NCBI GenBank assembly: GCA_951406725.2
Contig: OX597815.1
Location: 105,400,001 to 105,464,000, forward strand
Length of the DNA stretch: 64,000 nt
Reading direction: 5' to 3'
DNA from: Octopus vulgaris
Taxonomy: Eukaryota
Position numbers and translations under genes: made by a program. Positions 29,671-43,571 of the stretch are shown in pieces. A model generated the notes under the pieces. The model made no database searches and had not been told where the DNA came from. It saw nothing but the letters and a program-made list of their open reading frames with translations. How positions within the stretch are numbered: position 1 is the stretch's first letter; the number at the start of each line of letters is the position of its first letter.

Positions 29671-30411
29671 AGAAAGACACATGAATATTAGTAAGAGATT
29701 TACCTACATTATTCACACAAGTTAGTAGCAAATTAAGTTGTAATATGTTGTAATAATTTTATAGTGACAGTTTGGTATATTGCCAAATTGCAGATTTATT
29801 ACTACATTTACAACATTTATTTCATCCCATACAGATACGTAGAAATGCAACAAAACTCATGCGTACGGGAGAAATTGAGTGTAGAGTCAAGTGTTTGTAG
29901 AGGGTGGCTTTCTGAAAATTAACATAACCTGTTGAAACATTGGTCAGTCGTATAAACACCCCTTGATAATTTTTCTCTATACTACTCTCTGTCTATCTCT
30001 CGCTCTCACCCTCGCTCTCACTCAGTGTGTGTGTGTGTGTGTGTGTGTGCACCAAAACACCCATACCCATACACCTGTCGTCAGAAGATGGATATTTATT
30101 TCTTTATTTCTTTTCTATGTTGTGTCTGAAATCCTAACCACCTGGTTACTACCTATGTTTCCTTTTCTCTCCGCCCCAACATTCTACTCCTCATACTGTT
30201 CCTCTAAACCACACCACAGACTACAATAATCACTTTCCACCAATGTTTTCCTGACTAAAACCAATCGATTTATGAAATATATGATTCAGTTAAAAGCAAC
30301 AATGCGGAAATAAACTAATAGAGCTAGTCTTTCTTTTTTTTTTACCACTTCATTAGTACTTGGATCATCTCGCAAATGTATGTGTGTGTGTATGAGAGAT
30401 AGTGTGAGTGT

Positions 30412-30452
<41 letters not shown>

Positions 30453-32413
30453 TGTGTGTGCGTGTGTATGTGAGTGAGTGTGTGTGTGTGTATGTGTGTG
30501 TGTGTGTGAGCTAGTGTGTACGTGCATATTCGTTTATATGTGCAAACGAAAAAAGAGCACTCAATACTATGTTGACTTTAGGTTCACAGGCAATCCGTTA
30601 GGGATTCGCTCTATCTTTGCTCGGAGTTTCACAATCCTAAAGTATGCATCTTATCATTCACATTATATTTCGTATACAAATGATGAATATAATAATGAAT
30701 CATTATATTACAATGATGACTTTACGATTTTCTGTCGAAATCCACCTATCTCTCTGTATGGGAATTGCATCACGGGCATCAATAACATCCCTGGACGGCA
30801 TTCAAAGATATTGCATGGGACGAGTTGCAAGCCGTTTTAAGAAGCGTTATCAATATATTCCTTTAATAAGGCCCAGGAATAAGTAAAACGTTACTTTCGG
30901 TCCTAATTTATCTAGAAACTCAAGATCTCATTCATCTTTGATAACTTGAAGGGTTATCGATAAAACGATACAGTGTTTTAACGAATCACGAAACTATCTT
31001 CTTTGCGTGGCTGAGAACTTCCAGATATTGAAGCAATCAGTAATGTCTCTTACCAGAATATCCCTTATATTATCTAAGTATCTTCATCAGATGTGATTAC
31101 ATATGGATGATCTCCAGATGCCAAACAACAAAATTTCAAAAATCTTTGGAACTGACGAGCGGTGTTGTGTAGTCGAGAACCATAAACGTGAAGTGATTAG
31201 CACCCTTTTATAACATTCTACGACGTTATTTGCCTTCTATAATAATAAACACGAACATTTATTTGTCAGGAAACCCTGTATCTCAGTCTACATTTGCTTT
31301 ATATAGACATATACTTTCTTGGAATGAAGAGGGTCTCGGGATTGAAAACCCGCCCTTTACTTGGTTCTTGAACATCCAGCATTGGGATCTGATTTAAAAG
31401 CATTTAGGTTGCTATTTCTAGCATGTAAAGCTTGGCTGATTCACGTCATCTTTGTTGGGATTTTTGTCAGATGACGTTAATTTTACGTCGAGACAAATTG
31501 ACCAACATTGGGAATTCAACTTGAGACTGGAGCAATAGAATGAGTATATACTTTACAATGTTCGTGTGTGTCAGTTATAGCAGAAATTATTTCTTTGTAT
31601 AACATTAAACTTCATTTGTAATCTAAAATTTATTGTGTAGCAAGCTCCCATGAAACTAAGATTGTTCTAAATCAAATCTCGACTAACTACGATTAAAATT
31701 GCATTTCTTTACTTTTCATAAAATGGAAGAAACTATACGATACGTTGTTATGTAGCTTCACAAAGCATCTAAAAGTTGAAAACTCGCAGCTACAAATTTA
31801 AATGGAAGATACTTCCCCAGGCATGTCTTTGGGTTAATGCAATTGTCAGTTATGGTGATGAAGTTAGGTGTAATGTAGCTTACTTCATATTGGTTACGAT
31901 TAGACCCTGCGCGGAATTTTACGGAGTATATTTTGATAATATTTATACTGAGAATCCTGCAATATTTATGAAAATCCAGTAATGATCATGTTGTGACAAA
32001 CATGTTTTTCTTTTCCGATTAAAGAATGATTTTGTGACTAGTGTGATTGTAGATAGCCTGAAAAGTGGATTACATCATTATTTTAGGGCTTTTTTTCTGA
32101 TAGTTCTAAGTTATTCAATACCCATTTATTGGGGGAAATTGTGTACGTATATATATTCGTGTGTTTGTGTTTGTGTGTGCGTATGTGTGCGTGTGTGTGT
32201 GTGCGTATATGTACGTGTAGTATGTCTTATGTATACATTTGCATGTACAACGGTTACTGCCAATTTTAGAGCTGCACCTAGAGTATCATTCTCCAATCTA
32301 CATCCAGTGAAGTGGTGTCATTACAGCTGTACTTAACAGTATTACCATTTGATCTGCGTAAACTTATGTTTATCATGCTTTTTCCCATATTAGTGTGTGT
32401 TTGTGTATATCTA

Positions 32414-32456
<43 letters not shown>

Positions 32457-32502
32457 ATATATATATATATATATATATAAGTATTATATATATACATATA
32501 CA

Positions 32503-32533
<31 letters not shown>

Positions 32534-32689
32534 TTAATTTTATTTGTTAGGGAATTAAAATTCCGGCATAACAGGGGTTCAAATTATTCTCAATGAAGAA
32601 ATATATATATTCATTTAGAGATAGTAAGCCCCTTCATCTCACCATATAAAAAAGAATTTTTATTTTAAATACCTACTATTTTATAACTT

Positions 32690-32777
32690 GGCTACACGTG
32701 TTTCATGAGGTACATTTCCTAAACCACTCCGTGTTATGCTGGAACCCTTCTTAAAACGTAACCCCAATCATCAGGCC
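32690..32777 (-). ncRNA. Putative type I hammerhead ribozyme (inverted arm)
   Basis: Reverse complement reads GGC-CTGATGA...GAAA-CACGTGTA-GCC, with palindromic stem III ACACGTGT. Confidence 0.55.
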
Positions 32778-33202
32778 CTTATATCACTTTATCATCGTTC
32801 AATACTATAAACTATATTTTAATTTTTTAAAACCCATAAGTATGTGTAAAATAGGTACGTGTAAATTAGGTTCGCTGGACCCTACAGTACAAACCATAAT
32901 TCGGATAGAAATTCAAATAAAAATTACAAAAGTAAAATAAGAAATAAAAATGCGATAAAAAAACTAAAAATTTATAAAATCTATGTTAGTAATAAATAGG
33001 GTTAAAAATAAAATATATACTTGTGATAATATGAAATTATATAAAATGAAAGGAATGGCAAAAAATATATATATACGTATAAAAATAAAATTTTGTAAAT
33101 TTTTCGTATTTTTTTTCGTACTTACCTATTTTACACATACTTATGGGTTTTTAAAAATTAAAATATAGTTTATAGTATTGAACGATGATAAAGTGATATA
33201 AG

Positions 33203-33297
33203 GGCCTGATGATTGGAGTTACATTTTAAGAAGGGTTCCAGCAGAGCACGGAGTGGTTTAGGAACCGAGAAATGTACCTCATGAAACACGCGTAGCC
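33203..33297 (+). ncRNA. Putative type I hammerhead ribozyme with long stem II
   Basis: GGC-CTGATGA-[TTGGAGTTACATTT...AAATGTACCTCAT]-GAAA-CACGC-GTA-GCC. Confidence 0.55.
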
Positions 33298-33376
33298 AAG
33301 TTATAAAAATAGTAGGTATTTAAAATAAAAATTCTTTTTTATATGGTGAGATGAAGGGGCCTACTATCTCTAAATG

Positions 33377-33448
<72 letters not shown>

Positions 33449-33995
33449 GTAGTATCAGAAAAGAGGAACACAACATGGACAAAATTTCTTCTTAAGAAAA
33501 AATACATATTCAAATAACTAAAACATAATATCATGAATAGCGATAGCGAAACCGGTCGATATATTAAAAATTATATTAAAACTATGTAAGTGTGCGTATT
33601 TTCCTTTTTTAATTTCTCATATATAAATATATATATATATATATTCAATAATAATACCAAAAATCTATAATTATAAGCATAATTATAATTAGGGTTCTGC
33701 AAATTGCTTAACCACATACCAAAATTTAAAAATAGCAGTTAAATACTATTCCTCTACCATAAGATATCTCCCAGACAGCAATACCCTAAATTCACGTAGG
33801 TAAAGAGAGAAAGATAACAAATCCACCCGGATTTCATCAACCACTACAACATGGCTGTTCTATAAAGAACTATATACATATGTGTGTGTGTGTGTGTGTG
33901 TGTAGTTCTTTATAGAACACCCATGTTACCGCCTAGAATTGTTAATACTTATATCTCGTTTAGAGATTTTAGAACTAGCAATTTTGTTCGTTATA

Positions 33996-34033
<38 letters not shown>

Positions 34034-34127
34034 GTAAATAGACTAATAATAATAAATAATAGAATAAAATTTATAAGAAGTTTATCGCGTGAAAACATGG
34101 CGTAGAGAGAGAGAGGAAGGAGATGGG

Positions 34128-34211
<84 letters not shown>

Positions 34212-35287
34212 TACATATACATATACGTCTGTATGTGTGTGTGTGTGTGCATGTGTGTGTGTGTGTGCTTATGTATGTGAGTATGTATAAATATGTACGT
34301 ATATTTGTATGCATGTATGCATATGTTTATCTGCTAATTTCAAGCTAAAATCAGTAAAATATATATTAAGTTCTTAATTTTTTTTGTCCAGTTACTATGG
34401 ACCATCTATAAGTAAGGGAAACCCCACAAAAGACTGAATAATCTAATTTATTTTCTGTACCACATCATTCGTGTAATGTTTAATTAAAACAACTTTAGGT
34501 TTTCTATGAAACTATTATTGCAAGATGAAATACAAAACAGGTTTGATTATAGTTTTTCGAGTCAGCTTAATTTTCTGGTTTTAGTTCGCTAACAATTTGA
34601 AAAGAGGGCCGCTCTGTACAGCCTAATCAATATTGGCATGTTGTAAATTGGCACCTGCATTTAGATTAATTGAAGGATAATTAATTGCGTATAATGCATT
34701 CATGAATTAAAATGTAATTGTAATTAGTGTTTGAATGACTGAATAATCGAATTCAAGGCAACTGCCTATGGATATTCTAACGAAGAGAAGGCAATAATTT
34801 AAAAGACAGTAAGAGAGTTTTGTGTATATGTGTGTCTGTGTGTGTGTATGTATGTGTGTCTATGCGTATGTATGTGTGCGCAGGTGAATGTGTATGTGTG
34901 CTACCTATGATTATCATATAGTTGGGAAATCTTTTTAATAATATTTTTATCCTAAATTACAAATGCGTGTACATAATTACACGTCCCAATACATATTGTC
35001 TGTTGTTAAGCAGCCAGACCAAACTTGATCGGGGAGGTCTATGATTAAAGGCATTTAGGCCGTGACTGTCTCATACTCTTAGGGCTATGTGTCCTTCTAT
35101 TTTTAATATGGTAGAGTGTTGTTTAATGGAGTTTTGACTGCTATATCTTACCAAATTGAAAGATCGTGTAGAAGTACTGTCGTTTGTTCTATGCAATAGT
35201 TTTGTATATTGGTAAATGTTGTAAATATGACACTCTTCATGTAGAAAACAATGTGTCTCCGAGCTGAATATTTCATTATCTTCGTCT

Positions 35288-35420
35288 TTAAATTCCGCCG
35301 AAGTTGACTTTGTGTTTCATCTATTCTGGGTCGACAAAATAGTACCAGTTGAGCACTAGAATCGAACTAATTGACATACCTCTTCTAGAAATGTTTGGCC
35401 TTGTGCCAAAGTTTGAAACC
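35288..35420 (+). mobile_element. Meta/MESC-like SINE fragment
   Basis: AAATTCCGCCGAAGTTGACTTTG...AGTACCAG. Confidence 0.65.
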
Positions 35421-36286
35421 GATATTTAATTATCTACACTATAAAATGTGTTGTAGGTCTTTATCTTTACTTGAAACCGGACTATTTCCTTTACAAATTG
35501 ATGTATATAAACAAATCTTTCAGATTGTGTAGTGACGTCAGTATTAATTTAGGCAGCCAAATTATAAGAAACACACCTTGGATTTTCAAGTGATGACATC
35601 AACACAGTTGTGTTCAGTTACATTTGTTCTAGAACTCTATCAAAGGGGCCGAATCTGATGACAACAAAAAAGGCTGTGTGTCAGGAACTTAGTCATGTGT
35701 TATTGCGAAACGTGACGGCTCACAAATTCTTAAACTTGACAGTTTCCAAGAGTTGCGACTGTCAAGATACTGTGTTGTAAATAGAACTGTCAGTATCAAC
35801 ACTAACACGCTCACTACTTTGACATGTATATATCTAATTCCTCTCGAAACACTCACGATCTTCCGTTATGAAGAGTATTTTTTTTTCAAATTTGCAAATT
35901 ACCTGGGCCATAAATGTATTCTAATCTTGACTACTGGAGATAAGGGTGGCCAGTTGTCGTGCTGATGAAAACATTTGGGTCAGAAAGACGTGTCACGAAC
36001 GTTCACTTATCTCCAGACAGTAAACCTGTCTTTTTCCTTTATGGCGTGTCAACTTTGGAGATTGCTTGAATCTTGAAATTATCTCTCCCTCTCATACGGC
36101 GCTGGTCTTATTTGCCATTTGTTAATTATGGCGCAATGTCTAGACACGAAAACAATTTTAGTAAATTAATAATTTATCTTATGTGTTATTTGATATAGCT
36201 GTATTTGTCTATGCTATTCATATACCAGCCACTTACCATTGTGAGTTATTTCTTTCAGCTCATATTTGTTCATATCTACATATATA

Positions 36287-37139
36287 CGAGGTCTGATCAC
36301 TAAGTATCCGGACTGTTGCCAGAGTAACGAAGCTAAAGCACGCAGAGAGAAACCACTTGGAAAAGATTGCCCTTGAAATCTGCTGTGCATGTGCACTACG
36401 TTTTAACGTTCTAGCTAGCTTCCGCTGTTTACAGCAGTGCTTGGAAGTGGGGTGTTTAGCGTGTGATCGTCGCATTGATCATGGCAGAGAAAGTTGTCAT
36501 GGTGATATCTGCTTAGAGGCCTACGCAAAGTTGCAAAAAGTGTATGGAGAGGAGTATATGAGCCGCACACAAGTATATGAGTGGTTCAGACGTTTCCAAG
36601 ATGGCCGAAAAATGTCGATATTGACGAAAGTTCTGGGAGAACCGCAACCAGCAAAACTGAGAAAAATATCTCAGATGTGCGTTCAGCTGTGAATGGAAAT
36701 CGTCGAATCACCATCCATGAGTTATCAGAGAATGTACAGATTAGTTACGGTTCAGTTCAGTCCGTTATCATTGAATATTTGAGTATGAGATGCGTGTCTG
36801 CCAAGTTTGTGCCAAAATTGCTTTCAGCTGACCAAAAAGACACACGGGTTTCAGTTGCACAATATCACCTTGATTGTGTCGAAAACGATGAAAATTTTTT
36901 GAAAAATTTTGCGTAGGCTTCTGAGCAGGTATCGCCAAGCTTTTGGCAAAATTTGATTTAGATTATCTGCTCAACTTTCTCTGTCATGGTCAATGCGATG
37001 ATCACACATTACACACTTCCTTCCTCGCACTGCTGTAAACAATGGAAGTGAGCTAAAACGTTAAGACTTAGTGCGCTTGCACACCAGAGTTGAAGGTCAA
37101 TCTGTGCCAAGAGGTTTCACTTTCCGTGCTTTAGCTTCG

Positions 37140-37144
<5 letters not shown>
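36287..37144 (+). mobile_element. Rearranged non-autonomous mariner with long inverted repeats
   Basis: Starts TA-CGAGGTCTG. N-terminal transposase only (MSRTQVYEWFRRF, SAKFVPKLL). 36323-36532 is inverted at 36905-37144. Confidence 0.85.
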
Positions 37145-37201
<57 letters not shown>

Positions 37202-37218
37202 TGTGTGTGTCTGTGTGC

Positions 37219-37260
<42 letters not shown>

Positions 37261-37687
37261 AAGTCAAACACTTATAGCAGTAAACAAACGAACGGAAAGA
37301 CATATGCCAAATGCACTGCTGAATGCACAGACGAACGGAAAGCAGAAATAGAAGGTCACCAATTCCTCATCAGTGTCGAAAGCAATTCCATTCCATTATC
37401 GATAATATTGCGTCCACTCAGAAGGCAATAGGTTGGAGAACTTGCTGGAAATGCTACCAAAACATAATAAAACAAGACGAGCAAATATGGATGAAGAAGG
37501 AATACGAAAATGGACATATAAAAAACGAAATAAAAAAACAAATATGGCCTTACAGCTATGCAAAGACAGCAAAGAAATAATAATCCATATGCAACTAAAA
37601 AAAACCGTGGACTAGCAGACAGATTAGTGTATATGATATGTAAGTTATAGGCAATAGCCGACAAAAGCTGAAAGAAACCCGACGTAA

Positions 37688-37724
<37 letters not shown>

Positions 37725-37729
<5 letters not shown>

Positions 37730-38660
37730 CTTACTTGGAAAAGGATGCGTCGCTTTCGATCATATAATAATATAAATAATATATAAATATATGCATATAT
37801 ACATACATATATGTAAATACCTACATCTATATGTATATATACATGCATATATGGGTACAGGACATCAAAGCAATGTTAAACACAATGAGAAACGAAAGCA
37901 TAAAAACAAAAACATGGAAACGACCTTTTTTTCAAACAACGTAAAAACAGAGTACAAGACCTACAACACTTCTTCAGTTGTCCCTGTTTCGTCTACACCA
38001 CGTTTTCGAAGGTAAGGACAATACGCGACTTCATTGAAACAGTCCTTCCCGCAAAGCAAATTAAATAACATTTGGGATTTTTTGCGGAGGGGTAAAAGTG
38101 GTAACAAGAACAGGACAGTAAGAACAAAACAAGACAGTAAAAACATTAAAAGTAAAAACAGTAAAGACAGAACAAAGAGAATAACACAGTAAAAAACAAA
38201 CGATGAGGGCTGTTAAGCGAAGACTATGGGAAAATTATTCTGAACGCATTAAGCTTATGAGAGAGAGATTAAGTGGTCTGGTCTTGGTGAAGATAGCAGT
38301 TGTAAAGATGGGTTCCCTCTGATTACGTGTCAGTGATGAGAGAGTCGAGGAGGAGGAGGAATAAGAGAGAGGGAACGGTGAAGGGGAGAGGAGAAGAATA
38401 GGGAAGGGTGCGAGAGAAAACCAGAAAGGATGAAGAACAAGAGAGTGAGAGAGAGGAGATAGACAGAAGAGAAATATTAAAGGTGAAGAGTGTGCATCAT
38501 AATTATTAATATAAAACTTACTTGGAAAAGGATGCATGGCGTTCGATCATATAATAATATACATAATATATAAATATATGCATACATATATACATACATA
38601 TATATACATACCTACATCTATATGTATATATACATGCATATATAGGTACAGGACATCAAA
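37725..38660. mobile_element. Partial-tandem (direct pLTR-like) element beside (TA)n
   Basis: ~145-bp direct repeats at 37725-37868 and ~38512-38660 (ACTTACTTGGAAAAGGATGC...GGTACAGGACATCAAA). Confidence 0.6.
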
Positions 38661-38666
38661 AAAACG

Positions 38667-38806
38667 TATTTACAATTGACGGATATTTGTCCTCATCTTG
38701 TTTGTTGTTAACATAACGTTTGGGCTGATACACCCTCCAGCCTTCATCAGGTGTCTTGGGGGAATTTCGAACCTGGGTTCACATTCCTAAGGTATTTTTC
38801 GATCGA

Positions 38807-38849
<43 letters not shown>

Positions 38850-38905
38850 GAGTGAGAGAGCAGTGCATGCCATCAAAGTGACACTGGGGTAAACTATACG
38901 AAGAC

Positions 38906-38936
<31 letters not shown>

Positions 38937-39490
38937 GAGTGAGCGAGCAGAGCATGCCATCAAAGTGACACTGGGGTACAATATACGAAGCCCAGTATAC
39001 CCATCATGACTACCCGTCTGATAAGGGTACGCTAGCCACATGCATCACAACCATATGTGCGCGACATGGTGATCTCATATCAAGATAAACAGCACATGAC
39101 CTTGCAGGTGGAGCCCAGTTAGAATTTTCTTCAGATCGAGTAACCCATCCCGCTCAAAAGGTCCCTGAATAAGGGTTGTTTAAGGACGTTGAACGAAACA
39201 CCCATGTTTCCAGAGGTGAATTATTCAAACCCCAAAGAATCCTTCTCAACACATGGCTATGATGCTCCCCCACTACTTCTGCTCGTGATCAGAGATGCAC
39301 CTATCGTCAGCCGCTAAGGGACATGCTCAACTGGTTAAGGTCAAGCAACTGACAAGCAAATCTGTGGTATTGAGCAGAATATTTGCTGTAGCTCATCTTT
39401 TACACCAAGACAAAACAAAGTACATGATAACACTTCCAATCAGTTAAGATCAGAAGCCATGAGAGCCACTGCCTGGTACTGCATCAGGGC

Positions 39491-39556
<66 letters not shown>

Positions 39557-39621
39557 GACCACTGCCTGGAATCGAACTCGGAATCTTGGGGTTAGTAGCC
39601 CGCGCTCTTATCCACTACGCC
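38667..39621 (-). mobile_element. Composite tRNA-(TAA)n-HHR SINE with nested ~550-bp elements
   Basis: Head at 39621-39556 has A and B boxes. Tail at 38810-38667 contains GACAC-CTGATGA-A-GGCTG...CAGCC-CAAA-CGTT. Confidence 0.72.
38937..39490 (-). mobile_element. ~550-bp non-coding element, full-length; extra 3'-end fragment at 38850-38903
   Basis: Same termini as 21990-22547; flanked by (TTA)n. Confidence 0.85.
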
Positions 39622-39949
39622 TGTATATATATCATGCAAAAAAGAAGCAAAAGTTGCAAAAAGTGGAAGTGTGCACTACGTTATCGTTTTTTCTTCTCGT
39701 GGTTTCTCTTGAACCAGCTTCCTGTGTTGTAAAGTGAAGAGATCATGTTCTCAGATCCCAAATATTGTTTTGAGTCAAGGCATGCTATAAAACCTGTATA
39801 GACCCGTACTGTAAAAAAAACTTGTCTCCATTGCAAGAAACTGTTAGTAGCTCGTTTCTTTATATTGTGGGTGTTAAATTATATTTATCTCTCAATGTTG
39901 ATCTAACTTTAACGGAACAGTAAACTCTCTCTGTCTCTCTCTCTCACTC

Positions 39950-40151
39950 TTCATATATATATATATATATATATACATATATTATATAAAATCCGTACTG
40001 TCTCTCTGTGTGTCTTCTAGGATCTCGGGCATCCGCCATCCGATTGCGCTCAAAGTCTTGAAAAAATTGCAAAAATCGATTCCAGCTGAGAATGCGATCG
40101 ATAAAGCCGTGGGAACGTGCATTTGTACGCGCAAGGCTGCGCTCCACTAGT
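39950..40151 (+). mobile_element. Miniature non-autonomous Helitron
   Basis: TC(TA)n-like start then ...ATATAAAATCCG; hairpin GCGCA-AGGC-TGCGC (40129-40142) then CTAGT (40147-40151). Confidence 0.5.
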
Positions 40152-40730
40152 TTTTCCATATCCTTGAACATCTCATAAAGTAAGTTAGCTAAGAATTAGT
40201 TACTTAATTCCCTGGGTTGTTGCTTTTCGTCAAAAATACCCCAAGTTGATTTCCTACATGTTTTTATCGGATAAACTTATTGTCCCAGGTACATTCTCAT
40301 AAATTCATCATGCGTTTCCATCTAGATTTACTTCCAGCCAACCCATTTTCATGCATCGTTTTTGTCCTGCTTTTCTTCCGTCAACCTGTACATAACTGCA
40401 CCTTCCATTTTTTTTTGTTTTTGTACTGCTTAAAGGCACGTTTCTTTCCTGCCAAGCTTACTGTTTAAACCATGTTTGTGTTCTCCCAGTCAACAGCCTT
40501 ATCATTACTGGTACTTTAAATTCTTCTGTGTGAATAAAATCTTTTTTCTTTGGAATGGAAAAAGAGTCTATCTTTATTTCTTCTTTTGCTGGTGTCTCAA
40601 ATTTACGTTAAATCAGTGTTTCTCAAAGGGGAGGCCTATGGGACGGTCGGACAAGTTGTTTTGGGGAAAATTTGGTTTAAATATTTGACAACCCAACACC
40701 GTCCATTGGACGGGGGGCGTTTTGCTCGCG

Positions 40731-40800
<70 letters not shown>

Positions 40801-40973
40801 CAAATTAATAAAAAGTATGACGTTTTCAGCATTCGTCGGATATACAGAAAAAAATTCAGAGAAAAGAAAGAAGAAAAACAAAGTAATCGGAATAGGGAGT
40901 CAGAAAAAAATAGGCGCGTAACCCTCACATACAGGCGCGTCCGCACACACACACGCACACACACTGACACACA

Positions 40974-41051
<78 letters not shown>

Positions 41052-41483
41052 GAGGAGGATTAATGAACGGAATAGATTTTGGTGACGTCCCGTATAATGC
41101 AGCTATACCGTCATAGATAGTGGAAGCGAATATGCTAACACTAAGTTGCAATTCGTTAAACACTGATATTCTTTTGCACGCTATGTTTCTTGTGTATTTG
41201 TAATTTTTAAATCGCTTATCAAAATATATACCAATATGTACAACTTTTCTAAATAGCTGTGACCAATATACATAAAGTCTGAAAAAGAACTTGACAAAGT
41301 TTGAAATTGTTGTATATCAAATACTGTCTTGTTCATGCGACAATTAGACTATGTATATTTTTAAATTGTCAGTATTATAAATCTCCAATTTATAAATATT
41401 GAACTTTGGAATATATTTTGCTGAACTTTTATATCATAGTTATATTTATAAGCACAAACATATATACATACATTTATAAGCAC

Positions 41484-41548
<65 letters not shown>

Positions 41549-41581
41549 GGTGTGTGTGTGTGTGTGTGTGTGTGTGCGTAT

Positions 41582-42657
<1,076 letters not shown>

Positions 42658-42857
42658 TTTCTTCCTGTTTCTGTTGTACCTGTATTTCAAATGACCAGCC
42701 TTATCACACTCTTTGTCACGCTGAATCTTCCTGAGAATTACATTAAGCGTGTACGTTTCTGTGGAGTGCTCTGTCACTTGCACGTTAATTTCTCGAGCAG
42801 GGTGTTCTGTTGATCGGATTAACTGGAACCTTCGTTGTCGCAACCGACGGAGTGCCA

Positions 42858-42937
<80 letters not shown>

Positions 42938-43023
42938 GTATTCTAAAAATTAGTATAAATAGCTAGGCACAATATATATATACACTGAACGGGCAGGTAA
43001 CTGCCTCATGACCGCCTCTAGAA

Positions 43024-43073
43024 TCACTAGACTAGACTAATTTCGCCCATTTTGAAGGCATCATCAGTAGTGA
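43024..43073 (-). ncRNA. Putative minimal type I hammerhead ribozyme (Penelope-type)
   Basis: TCACTA-CTGATGA-T-GCCT(TCAAAAT)GGGC-GAAA-TTAGTCTA-GTC-TAGTGA: intact core, 6-bp stem I, GUC triplet. Confidence 0.65.
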
Positions 43074-43325
43074 CAATTCAAACGGTCGATTGTTTGTTTA
43101 ATTGCGTCTGCCAGTAAAAAAATTTAAGGCTGGTTTAGCAAAATGCTTATGCGTATAAATACATACACACACACACGCACGCACACACACACACACCCAC
43201 ACACATTCATGTGTGTGTGTGTGTGTGTGTACATGCATGCATACACACAGACAGAGGGTTGAGGAAGAAAAAATAGCAAAAACGGAAAGAACATAGATAC
43301 CATGAAAGATGCAAGAAATACAGCG

Positions 43326-43571
43326 AGAAGAAGAAGAAGAAGAAGAAGAAGAAGAAGAAGAAGAAGAAGAAGAAGAAGAAGAAGAAGAAGAAGAAGAAGA
43401 AGAAGAAGAAGAAGAAGAAGAAGAAGGAAGAGGAGGAGGAGGAGGAGGAGGAGGAGGAGAAGAAGAAGACGATGACGACGACGACGACGACGACGACGAA
43501 GAAGAAGAAGAAGAAGAAGAAGAAGAAGAAGAAGAAGAAGAAGAAGAAGAAGAAGAAGAAGAAGAAGAAGA
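43326..43571. repeat. Compound (GAA)n(GGA)n(GAC)n(GAA)n array
   Basis: Direct reading. Confidence 0.95.

Larger units (their letters stand above)
32612..33377. mobile_element. Fold-back element in (TA)n: ~250-bp inverted arms, each with a hammerhead core
   Basis: 32612-32856 is the reverse complement of 33123-33377 with few differences. Confidence 0.8.

Noticed and set aside
30580-31260. Possible exon or LINE relic
   Set aside because: Weak splice signals and no recognisable domain.
38200-38230. CGATGAGGGC...GCGAAG as a hammerhead
   Set aside because: Both core halves deviate and stems I and III do not form.
40640-41076. Possible minus-strand Helitron-like element
   Set aside because: Only one plausible terminus; no hairpin-CTAG end found.
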